Shown: one piece after another, positions 16,852 to 25,008 of the stretch | Layout of the letters: every line of letters starts with the position of its first letter | How positions within the stretch are numbered: the stretch's first letter is position 1 | Assembly (NCBI GenBank): GCA_018238155.1 | Contig: JABCTZ010000016.1 | Span: forward strand, 1 to 26,785 | Direction of reading: 5' to 3' | Length of the DNA: 26,785 nt | Source: Candidatus Heimdallarchaeota archaeon | GTDB lineage: Archaea > Asgardarchaeota > Heimdallarchaeia > JABLTI01 | Position numbers and translations under genes: made by a program | Notes under the pieces: model-generated | What the model saw: only the letters and a program-made list of their open reading frames with translations | Databases searched by the model: none | Told to the model about the DNA's origin: nothing

Positions 16852-18480
16852 CTAAGTGCTTCTTAGTGTCTTACCAGGTAAATTACTTTGGTGTTCACCC
16901 TTTTCAATTACTACTTCTCCATTAACTAGCACGTATTCGATTCCAACGGACAATTGATGTGGATTAGTGAAAGTTGCATTATCAATAATTGTTTCTGAAT
17001 TAAAAACAACTATATCTGCCCACATGTTCTCTTTTAATAATCCACGATCAGTTAGGCCCAATCTTTGAGCAGAGAGAGAAGTCATTTTACGTATTGCTGT
17101 TTCTAAAATCATAATTTTTTTCTCGCGGACGTAGTGTCCAAGCACTCGAGGGAATGTACCAAAATAACGAGGGTGAGGTTTACCATAGCTCAATGGTCCT
17201 ATAAGTGAAATTGCAGAACCATCTGTCCCAATCATTGTATAACGTCCAGTCATAATTCGTTGAATATCTTCTTCACTCATGCTTTCAACAGTCATTCCAC
17301 CCTTAGCTTCTTCAGCGATTAGTATCTCGCATAGAACTTCAAACGGTTCTTTTTCACCAACTTCTTTAGTGATCTCATCGAGTGATTTACCCATGAATTT
17401 AGACCATTTATCCGTTTCAAGGGAAGAAATGTAGACGCAATCCCAGCCACTATTTTTAATGAAGCTCTCATAAGTAGTTCCTTCGTAAAGGTCTTTCTTG
17501 ATTTTCTCTTTCATTTTAGGATCTTTTAAACGTTCAACTAGCTTGTCCAATCCTCCTTCGTGAGTCCAAGGAGGTAGAAGAGTTATCAACGAAGTTGCCC
17601 CTCGATTGTAAGGATATTGATCACAAGTAATACTAATCCCACGTTGATTTGTATCCTCAATTAGTTTGAGAGTCTCCTTACTCAACCCCCAATTTGCTTT
17701 GCCAGAGACTTTGTGATGAGCTATCTGACCACCACGGCAACCAGATTTTTCGACTATTTCAATCACTTCTTGGATTGCTTCTATCACTAAATTTCCTTCG
17801 TTTCTAATATGACTGAAATAAAGACCATTATGTTTGGCAACTTCTATTGCCAACTCGAGAACTTCTTCTGTGTCAGCATACACCTGGGGGGTGTAAATTA
17901 ACCCTGTAGAAATGCCAAAGGCGCCAGCAATCATAGCATCTCGAATGGAATCCTTCATTTGTTGGAGCTCATCCTTTGTGGGTTTGCGATCTTCATAACC
18001 CATTGCTGCTAAACGAATCATTCCAAAACCGATGACATGAGCAACATTTGAAGAACAGCCAATTTTTTCCATTGCATCAAGATACTCACTAAAAGAGGAC
18101 CAAGTAATATTGTATTCTAAACCAGGAGGTGCAGACATTGAAAACTCTTTGTCAAATAGCTCTTTTTTCTCCGGGTTTACAGGAGCTAAGGATGCACCAC
18201 ACATACCAACAACCAAAGTGGTTATACCTTGGTGGACAGTAGAAAAGACCAGAGGATCAAAAGGCATGGTATAATCAGAGTGAGAATGAATGTCAATAAA
18301 GCCAGGACAAACAATCAAACCCTTAGCATCTATTATCGCTGTTTTTGCAGATGGGTCGATTAAACCAATTTTTGTTATTTTGCCTTTAATAATGCCTATA
18401 TCAGCTTTAAACCAAGGGTTACCAGAACCATCAATAATTCGCCCATTTTTTATTACAATATCGAATTTCAAAATATGCAC
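16852..18480 (-). CDS. N-acyl-D-amino-acid deacylase (D-aminoacylase family amidohydrolase)
   Basis: IIDGSGNPWFKADIGI, PGFIDIHSHSD, STGLIYTP, SHIRNE, GTDG, PHPRYFGTFPRVLG and DRGLLKE..ADIVVF motifs. Confidence 0.92.
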   Translation of the reverse strand: MHILKFDIVIKNGRIIDGSGNPWFKADIGIIKGKITKIGLIDPSAKTAIIDAKGLIVCPGFIDIHSHSDYTMPFDPLVFSTVHQGITTLVVGMCGASLAPVNPEKKELFDKEFSMSAPPGLEYNITWSSFSEYLDAMEKIGCSSNVAHVIGFGMIRLAAMGYEDRKPTKDELQQMKDSIRDAMIAGAFGISTGLIYTPQVYADTEEVLELAIEVAKHNGLYFSHIRNEGNLVIEAIQEVIEIVEKSGCRGGQIAHHKVSGKANWGLSKETLKLIEDTNQRGISITCDQYPYNRGATSLITLLPPWTHEGGLDKLVERLKDPKMKEKIKKDLYEGTTYESFIKNSGWDCVYISSLETDKWSKFMGKSLDEITKEVGEKEPFEVLCEILIAEEAKGGMTVESMSEEDIQRIMTGRYTMIGTDGSAISLIGPLSYGKPHPRYFGTFPRVLGHYVREKKIMILETAIRKMTSLSAQRLGLTDRGLLKENMWADIVVFNSETIIDNATFTNPHQLSVGIEYVLVNGEVVIEKGEHQSNLPGKTLRST

Positions 18481-18507
18481 CTTATTTGATTTTGTTTTGA
18501 TTTAGAG

Positions 18508-18912
18508 CTACTTCCAAGGCTCGTAAGTTTTTCTATTTTCAACAATGATACAATCTACACCAGTCCATTTTTTTAGCCATAGCCAACCTTTTGATGCGTT
18601 GGCTTGAAGAAAAGAGGTCGCTGTTTCCGCAAATAATTCATTAAGACAGTGGGGGCAACGCGGTTTTGCGTTACTCGTAAATTTTCCCCCACATTGACAT
18701 TCTTTTAATAATTCTTCAGCTGCTTCTGGAATGGCTCCTTGACCAAAACTAACAGTAACGCTTTTAGGTATCTGAACCAAATCAAAAAAAGCGGTCATAC
18801 CGCATTCAGAACAATAAGCATGAGAAGTATTATTGAATCCATTATGAACCATATAATAATTGAATTCTTTTTTACAGGTATCACATTTACCAATATTCTG
18901 TTTACGAACCAT
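18508..18912 (-). CDS. Cys-rich Zn-finger hypothetical protein
   Basis: CDTC, CSEC, CQCGG and PRCPHC. SD-like GAGGGG precedes the ATG at 18912 (alternative start 18948). Confidence 0.75.
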   Translation of the reverse strand: MVRKQNIGKCDTCKKEFNYYMVHNGFNNTSHAYCSECGMTAFFDLVQIPKSVTVSFGQGAIPEAAEELLKECQCGGKFTSNAKPRCPHCLNELFAETATSFLQANASKGWLWLKKWTGVDCIIVENRKTYEPWK

Positions 18913-18934
18913 AATATTCCCCTCATTTGAATTT

Positions 18935-19429
18935 CTATTTTGCTCCATAATAAGTGAACATAGTTACATTAACTTTTGCTACTCTCAAATAGGACCAAAG
19001 AACACCCTTATGGAGAGCAAGGTGAGTTGTCAGCTTGGGAAGAAAATGAGTCCAAGACTGAAGAGATGAATCAGGTTCATAAAAAGGACGCAAAGTTTTC
19101 TCGATTAAATCATCATCAGATAATTGTTCGAAATACTTCCGAAGATAGGCACAACAATCATCAAATACATTCAAAATATCGTCAATATTTTCCCTGTTTA
19201 GTTGTAACTCAAGTTTATGTGTATCTTCACCAGAGGGAAACTTTCCAGAATAAATATCAACATCTATACGAGGTATTTGAGCCATATGATTAACTAACTT
19301 TAGTAAAGTGCGACTATCGTCTGTTAAGCGAAAATCAAGAGAAACCTCCTTCGCTTTTTCCATAACAACTCGTACTTCCTTAATTTCATCTTCAAAGAAA
19401 GCTAACAAAATATCCTTAATGAGCTTCAT
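18935..19429 (-). CDS. DinB/YfiT-family metal-binding protein
   Basis: RTLLKLVNHMA and THLALHKGVLWSYLR provide the His triad. Confidence 0.85.
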   Translation of the reverse strand: MKLIKDILLAFFEDEIKEVRVVMEKAKEVSLDFRLTDDSRTLLKLVNHMAQIPRIDVDIYSGKFPSGEDTHKLELQLNRENIDDILNVFDDCCAYLRKYFEQLSDDDLIEKTLRPFYEPDSSLQSWTHFLPKLTTHLALHKGVLWSYLRVAKVNVTMFTYYGAK

Positions 19430-19543
19430 AAGAAAAAGTAATCTTTTGATGTAAAATGTTTTTCTAATAATGGAATTGGATGGAATCGCAAAGAAACAGA
19501 TGCTAACGAAAACTTTTTGGTAGTTAGCTAACTAGGATAGACT

Positions 19544-20134
19544 ATGGTTGATTTTGAAACGTTCAATAAAAGAAGCTACACTCTTCGCCTTTTCTTGAAA
19601 GACATAAAACAGCTTGTCAGAAATTTCACCTATATGAAAAGTGCTTTTGAATATGAAAGAATCAGTAAACAGTTTGCTGAAAGAATAATGCTAGCGGTGA
19701 CAGCTGTTAATGATTGCGAATACTGTATTTACGGTCATTCAGGATCATCACTAAAAAGTGGGGTATGGGAAGAAGAAGTTGTATCGATAATGAATTTAGA
19801 ATACAATAAAAGCTCATTCGATGAAATTGTGGCTCTTAATTTCGCTAAGCATTACACAGAAGCAAATAGTAAACTAACAAAAAAAGCATATGAAGAATTA
19901 GTAAATTATTACGGGTTTGAAAAAGTAAATGATATTTTAATTTTCATTCAAATTGTTTCGCTAGGAAACTTTTTGGGTAATACAGTTGAAGCATTTGAAG
20001 CGAGAAGAAATGGATTTGTTATTGAAAATGGTTCCAATTTCTTCGAAACGATTGCTTTTCTTTTTGCAAGTCGTTATTATAAACAAATGAAAAATACTGG
20101 AAGGAAGATTATTGGTAACAGATTTCATTTCTAG
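19544..20134 (+). CDS. Carboxymuconolactone decarboxylase / AhpD-family protein
   Basis: ERIMLAVTAVNDCEYCIYGH, ALNFAKHYTE and GNFLGNT motifs. Confidence 0.88.
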   Translation: MVDFETFNKRSYTLRLFLKDIKQLVRNFTYMKSAFEYERISKQFAERIMLAVTAVNDCEYCIYGHSGSSLKSGVWEEEVVSIMNLEYNKSSFDEIVALNFAKHYTEANSKLTKKAYEELVNYYGFEKVNDILIFIQIVSLGNFLGNTVEAFEARRNGFVIENGSNFFETIAFLFASRYYKQMKNTGRKIIGNRFHF

Positions 20135-20277
20135 AATTGTTTCTGAACAACAATCATTACTAGTGAAACAGTATTCTTTATTGTTTTATCAGGTAAGGTC
20201 TCTATTCTACATATTCACACTAATTTTTTCTTTTCCTTATCACAGGCAATTTCCCTTATCAAATATGAGTAATCCAT
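20107..20277 (-). pseudogene. Truncated pseudogene paralog of the PRC-barrel-like gene at 23006-23386
   Basis: Translates MDYSYLIREIACDKEKKKLV*ICRIETLPDKTIKNTVSLVMIVVQKQF*K*NLLPII, aligning without gaps to MNHSQLIGKIAADKDNKKLGRICRIESLPGKTIKKTIPYAMIVVHKFLQKSVVVPII. Confidence 0.85.
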
Positions 20278-20505
20278 TCTTATCACAAGAGCATAATGGA
20301 ATTTAATTGTTATAGTTTTATACTTAAAATCGAGAAAAGAAAAATCAAAGTGGATCAATCATAAACGATTACTTATTCAAAACACGCGATATTATTATCA
20401 TTCCAATGATAAACGGTTTAATGAAATCCATCCATTTATATAACTAAAAAATTATTATTACTATTGATATCAAATAGAAAGTGAGCAATAAGGAGAGGTA
20501 AAGTA

Positions 20506-22359
20506 TTGAATGGATTTCAAGACGACAAGAAAATTGCAGAATCGATGAAAGGAAAAGCTAGACCACTAAGATTCAAAATTCTAGTAGCTTCGGGAATAAT
20601 TCTATTGGTTGTATTATCGATAACAGCAGTTTATTTTAGCGTTTTCTTCAATGGTTTACAACCGACAACATATATGATAGAAATGAGAGATGGTGTTCGG
20701 TTAGCAACTGATGTCTATCTTCCAAATAATGCAGAGAAAACATTTCCTGTTGTTCTTTTTAGAACGCCATATGGCAAAAGTGAAACTTTGGACAACGTAG
20801 GTTTCTTCTTAGAGAACGGTATAGCAATTATAGGTCAAGATCATAGAGGGTGTCATAACTCAGAAGGAAGCTATACTTGTTTTGCCTCAGATGGTGCAGA
20901 TGCTTTTGATACCATAAAATGGTTGAAAAAACAAGAATGGTTTAATGGACGATATGCTACTTTTGGTGGGAGTGCTCGCGGAATAACTCAATACAGACAA
21001 GTAACACATTTAGATGATATTGCTTGTCAAGCAATTTCTATAGCTACACCAGATCTTTACTGTCACGCAATGTTTCAAGGAGGAGCTCCTCGAAAGATGC
21101 TTGGGGAAGCATGGCTAAGAGGTATTGATCAGGGAGATTATTACGATATAGTTATTGAGAATCCTCTTAGCTCATCTCAATTTGCTAATGATCATCGAAT
21201 AACTGATTTCAACAAAGTTAATTGGCCATCAATACATAAAGGAGGATGGTACGATGTTTTTTCTCAAGGAATTATTGATGGTTTTACTGGATATCAATAT
21301 AATGGTGCTCTAGGAGGAACGGGGAATGCTCATTTGATAATGGGTCCGTGGACACATGAATTGGATTATAATCCTGAAGGCGATTTAATCTACCCAGTTA
21401 ATGCTCAACATGACCCCAATTATGACCGAATTTTCAATGCGATGTTCAGTGAAAAATTACTGAACAATACTGAACATGGAAATCACAAAACTATGCCCGC
21501 TGTAACCTATTATGTAATGGGAGATGTTGAGGTAACATCAAACCAATGGAATCAATGGGCGATTTCAGATGTTTGGCCAATACCATATACAAATCAGTCA
21601 TTTTATTTACAAGCTGATAACTCTCTAAGCGAGACACCAGCAATTACACCGGCAAATATTAGTTACCAGTTTAATCCTTTCAATCCAGTTCCAACACTTG
21701 GTGGGGCAAATCTTATTGATAATAATAGAGGACCATTTGATCAAAATGGGATAGAGGAAACAAGAACTGATGTAATACAATTTGAGAAAACTCTTTCAGA
21801 ACCTCTATTAGTAACAGGTAGAATATGGACTAAACTCTATGTGACATCAAATTGCACAGATACAGATTTTACTGCAAAACTAATGGATGTTTATCCAGAC
21901 GGAAAGAGTATGCTTATTTGTGATGGAATTATCCGAATGCGTTTCAGAAATGGGCAACAACAAGAAGAATTATTGGCTGGTACAGAGTCAACCATCTATG
22001 AGTGCAATATTGATCTTTGGAGTACGAGTTATGTTTTTAATACAGGGCATAAGATGAGGCTCTCTATTTCAAGCTCAAATCATCCACGGTTTGATGTGAA
22101 CCCCAATACTGGTGAAGCAATTCAAAAAGTAAATGAGGAAACCATAACAAAGATAGCAAAGAATACAATAATAATTAGCTCTCAATACAATTCTTGTCTA
22201 ATAATGCCGAAATCAATTAGTCCCCCAAACTTTATTCCTGAAGAAACAATCTCTGAGAAAAGCAAACATCAAAATGGTATTACAAATATACCTCATGCTG
22301 AAAACATTTTTCAAAAATGGTTGAATACAAGACAAATAGATTTTATTAAGAGAAAATGA
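20506..22359 (+). CDS. Membrane-anchored CocE/NonD (peptidase S15) family hydrolase
   Basis: TM helix, MRDGVRLATDVYLP, RTPY, QDHRG, nucleophile GGSARG, GWYD, GPWTH and SSSNHPRFDVNPNTG motifs. TTG start with SD-like AGGAGAGGT. Confidence 0.92.
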   Translation: MNGFQDDKKIAESMKGKARPLRFKILVASGIILLVVLSITAVYFSVFFNGLQPTTYMIEMRDGVRLATDVYLPNNAEKTFPVVLFRTPYGKSETLDNVGFFLENGIAIIGQDHRGCHNSEGSYTCFASDGADAFDTIKWLKKQEWFNGRYATFGGSARGITQYRQVTHLDDIACQAISIATPDLYCHAMFQGGAPRKMLGEAWLRGIDQGDYYDIVIENPLSSSQFANDHRITDFNKVNWPSIHKGGWYDVFSQGIIDGFTGYQYNGALGGTGNAHLIMGPWTHELDYNPEGDLIYPVNAQHDPNYDRIFNAMFSEKLLNNTEHGNHKTMPAVTYYVMGDVEVTSNQWNQWAISDVWPIPYTNQSFYLQADNSLSETPAITPANISYQFNPFNPVPTLGGANLIDNNRGPFDQNGIEETRTDVIQFEKTLSEPLLVTGRIWTKLYVTSNCTDTDFTAKLMDVYPDGKSMLICDGIIRMRFRNGQQQEELLAGTESTIYECNIDLWSTSYVFNTGHKMRLSISSSNHPRFDVNPNTGEAIQKVNEETITKIAKNTIIISSQYNSCLIMPKSISPPNFIPEETISEKSKHQNGITNIPHAENIFQKWLNTRQIDFIKRK

Positions 22360-22448
22360 AAGAACAAAAGATTAAAGTCTCTCATCATCAATCATAAAAT
22401 AATTAAAAAAAAAGAGACGTCCAGCTAGACCACAGGCATTTTAGCAAA

Positions 22449-22781
22449 TTAAGAGTTAGAGATTTCTTCATTTTCGTCGTTTTCGTCGTTTTCGTCGTTT
22501 ATGTCTTCGCTATCTATCCGACCGAACCAACGTTTAATTCCAACAATCAAATGTGAGCTTTGACTTGCTAAACCAATCAAAGCAAGAAACAAAATGAAAC
22601 CGATGAAAAGAAGGAATAAAACACCTAGACTTGCACTAATCCAAAGAGGAGACAAGACCCATAACCAGGACCAATCAATGACCTTGGTTAATTTTAAGAT
22701 TATGAAAATAATCAAAAGAAGTGTTGGTAAACCCAGACCACCGCCACCAATATTTTTGCTTCTTTTTTTGTGTTCTGACAT
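22449..22781 (-). CDS. Small membrane protein of the TMEM185/'transmembrane Fragile-X-F'-like type
   Basis: LLLIIFIILKLTKVIDWSWLWVLSPLWI signature and an acidic C-terminal tail. Confidence 0.75.
   Translation of the reverse strand: MSEHKKRSKNIGGGGLGLPTLLLIIFIILKLTKVIDWSWLWVLSPLWISASLGVLFLLFIGFILFLALIGLASQSSHLIVGIKRWFGRIDSEDINDENDENDENEEISNS
22471..22497. repeat. 9-bp tandem repeat (TTTTCGTCG)x3 encoding (DEN)3
   Basis: Directly visible; lies in frame in the acidic tail of the membrane protein. Confidence 0.9.
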
Positions 22782-23005
22782 CGTATATAATTTATAGCTA
22801 TTTAAGTATAAATAGATTATTTATTCAATCTATGAGGTAAAAGGCTGGCATATTTTAGTGAAAAATAGTACAAAAATATTGATTTCTTGTTTTGCATAAC
22901 CTGAATTATACTTCTAGCGAACCTTTCAGGAAGACTCTCAAGCAATTAATGAGAAACTATCACAGGATATAGTACAAAAATTAAAACAAAATAACTCAAA
23001 TAACT

Positions 23006-23386
23006 TTACTTTCGTCTTTCCTTGCTCTTTTTAGATTGACCAGAATGATCATAACCATATGTAACAAGACTTCTTTCTCGAGGAGTTCTATGAGTTCCAG
23101 TATAGATCTCTCGCTCTGTAGAAATCTTGCCGATTCGCATTAATTCTTCAGTAAATTCGGATTTTGTGATGTCGAACCAAACATAAGTTCCTTCTACTTT
23201 AGTCACTTTCTCAGCTATAATAGGAACAACAACAGACTTTTGCAAGAATTTATGCACAACAATCATTGCATATGGAATAGTTTTCTTGATGGTTTTACCA
23301 GGTAAGCTTTCTATTCTACAGATTCTCCCCAATTTCTTGTTGTCTTTATCCGCAGCAATTTTCCCAATTAATTGTGAGTGATTCAT
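23006..23386 (-). CDS. PRC-barrel-like protein
   Basis: LIGKIAADKDNKKLGRI...VVVPIIAEKVTKVEG pattern. The ATG at 23386 is supported by an upstream GTGAT and by the paralogous pseudogene's start. Confidence 0.75.
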   Translation of the reverse strand: MNHSQLIGKIAADKDNKKLGRICRIESLPGKTIKKTIPYAMIVVHKFLQKSVVVPIIAEKVTKVEGTYVWFDITKSEFTEELMRIGKISTEREIYTGTHRTPRERSLVTYGYDHSGQSKKSKERRK

Positions 23387-23474
23387 TATTATCACAAGTA
23401 CAAGGAGCAATTTAATTATTATACTTTTATATTCAAAAAATCGATAGTGAATAAAAGTAAAAGAGAAGGAATAA

Positions 23475-23903
23475 TCATTCATTCTTTTTTTTGGATTTCC
23501 TTTTGGTAATGAGCACCAAAGTCATTGTTGAAAGGAGAAATGCTCCACTAATGAATAGAAGTCCTATTCCAATGAATCCATCATCTGGTTTTGCTGAATA
23601 AAGAACCTCATACCATCATTGAATAGAGGCATTGGAGTTATCGGGTGAACACCGACAAAAATAAGCTACTGTATTTACCGTTCCATCTATAAATGTGTAA
23701 CTCTCAGTGAACGATTCACCTAGAGCAAGGTTAAAATTTGCTAGTATAGGGGAAAAGTGCTCAATGACAGATTATTCACGGAATATTTCCACACTTGAAT
23801 TCGATTGTGGTAGAACAAGGATATTTATTTGAACAATTGAGTTACGGTAATAAAATCCAGTAGACATTTGAACCATTTCATTGTCCACAAATAGTTCTTT
23901 AAT
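23475..23903 (-). pseudogene. 5'-truncated pseudogene of a TM-anchored surface protein, paralog of the partial gene at 2-205
   Basis: One frame of 143 codons with internal TAA (23772-23774) and TGA (23616-23618): ...DNSNASIQ*WYEVLYSAKPDDGFIGIGLLFISGAFLLSTMTLVLITKRKSKKKNE, versus ENSSATIHWWYNIL...LMASGTLILISLGVIIRSKRK. Confidence 0.8.
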
Positions 23904-23924
23904 TTAGAATTTAGACTAATATTT

Positions 23925-24944
23925 ATGACAAATAATTACGACGATAATTTGCCATTATTCATTAATGGAGATAAACCGGCGGTTTATGTAGTAGATAACA
24001 AACTTATTGGGTTGAGTTTAGAAAAAGAGATATCAAGTAGCTATATTTTCACATATAATTTAATTGGAAAAATATCTAGCAATTTCTTAACCAAAACATT
24101 TCTACCTGAGGATTTTCCATTTCTTAAGCATAAAGAAAATTTCCTAAATACCAAAGTATTTTCTCCATGTATTTGGGGGGGGATTTATGTAGAGGATTAT
24201 CATAACAAGTGTTTGACATCAAAAATGAGAGTTGTAAAAAGAAATGGAGAAATTGTAGTGAGTCTATTTGATCTAGTTCTTCTAGACTCCAAACAAATAA
24301 GAGGCATGTATGTAACTAATTTGCAAAATAGTATTTACCTATCTGTAAAGGACGCTTTCATATTATTTGCCAATTTATGTCTAACATCAAAGGGATTACG
24401 AATAAATGACAAAGAAACTAGAAGTTTTTCAGATAGTATTGATTCTATTCGAAAAAGGATAGAACAAAATTATAATGAAAAAACTACTGATAACGCCAAA
24501 TTGGGTAAAATATGGTATGCTGTTGATTTGTTTTGTATTGATTATTATGATTACTTGACTACTCAAATCAATTTAAAGAATATCTCTCCAGAAAAGATAT
24601 TGCAATTAAGTGGCCAAATTGTGTTAACAATATACTTGAAGAAAAACCCTATAATTAAAGAATTCATAAGAGAGAAAATCAATTTATTGATAAATCAATA
24701 TGATAACCTTACACTTAATCAAAAAATAAAATATTATACCTTATTTTTATCTGCTGAAGAATATGGCTCTATACCGGAGATTTCGAATTTATATGAAGAA
24801 AATAAATCATTATTACTGAAATTAGAACAAGAACTAATTAAAAACTTTCCAATCAATAAAGAAATAGAAAGAGATAAAGATGAAATTTATAAGGAATATC
24901 TTGACAAAGATTTTCATTCCACATTAGGAATTAAAAAGAAATAA
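23925..24944 (+). CDS. Hypothetical 339-aa protein adjacent to the CRISPR array
   Basis: Long uninterrupted ATG ORF in very AT-rich DNA. No family motif confidently recognised. Confidence 0.75.
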   Translation: MTNNYDDNLPLFINGDKPAVYVVDNKLIGLSLEKEISSSYIFTYNLIGKISSNFLTKTFLPEDFPFLKHKENFLNTKVFSPCIWGGIYVEDYHNKCLTSKMRVVKRNGEIVVSLFDLVLLDSKQIRGMYVTNLQNSIYLSVKDAFILFANLCLTSKGLRINDKETRSFSDSIDSIRKRIEQNYNEKTTDNAKLGKIWYAVDLFCIDYYDYLTTQINLKNISPEKILQLSGQIVLTIYLKKNPIIKEFIREKINLLINQYDNLTLNQKIKYYTLFLSAEEYGSIPEISNLYEENKSLLLKLEQELIKNFPINKEIERDKDEIYKEYLDKDFHSTLGIKKK

Positions 24945-25008
24945 CAGTCCTTAACATAATAATTGAATAAAAAACATTAGCAGCAGTCAGAAAGCTGGCA
25001 ACAATAAA

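Noticed and set aside
2170-22797. Short shadow ORFs in the track (2170-2409, 3820-4074, 5265-5453, 5534-5716, 5715-5984, 6031-6240, 7708-7896, 8985-9209, 10449-10670, 10844-11128, 12334-12525, 15400-15588, 16194-16505, 16352-16540, 18290-18505, 18739-18930, 18860-19069, 18976-19293, 20112-20306, 22594-22797)
   Set aside because: They overlap better-supported genes or pseudogenes in other frames or strands and show no protein motifs.
20107-23903. Stop-codon recoding (TGA=Trp/Sec) in the two interrupted ORFs
   Set aside because: The interruptions include TAA and TAG, TGA aligns to different residues (W, R, S), and TGA ends intact genes such as 3866-5953 and mfnB.
23925-24944. Known Cas effector (Cas12f/Cas13/Cas6/Cas8 etc.)
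   Set aside because: No RuvC, HEPN RxxxxH, RAMP glycine-rich loop or Zn-finger motif recognised; kept only as an unknown candidate.
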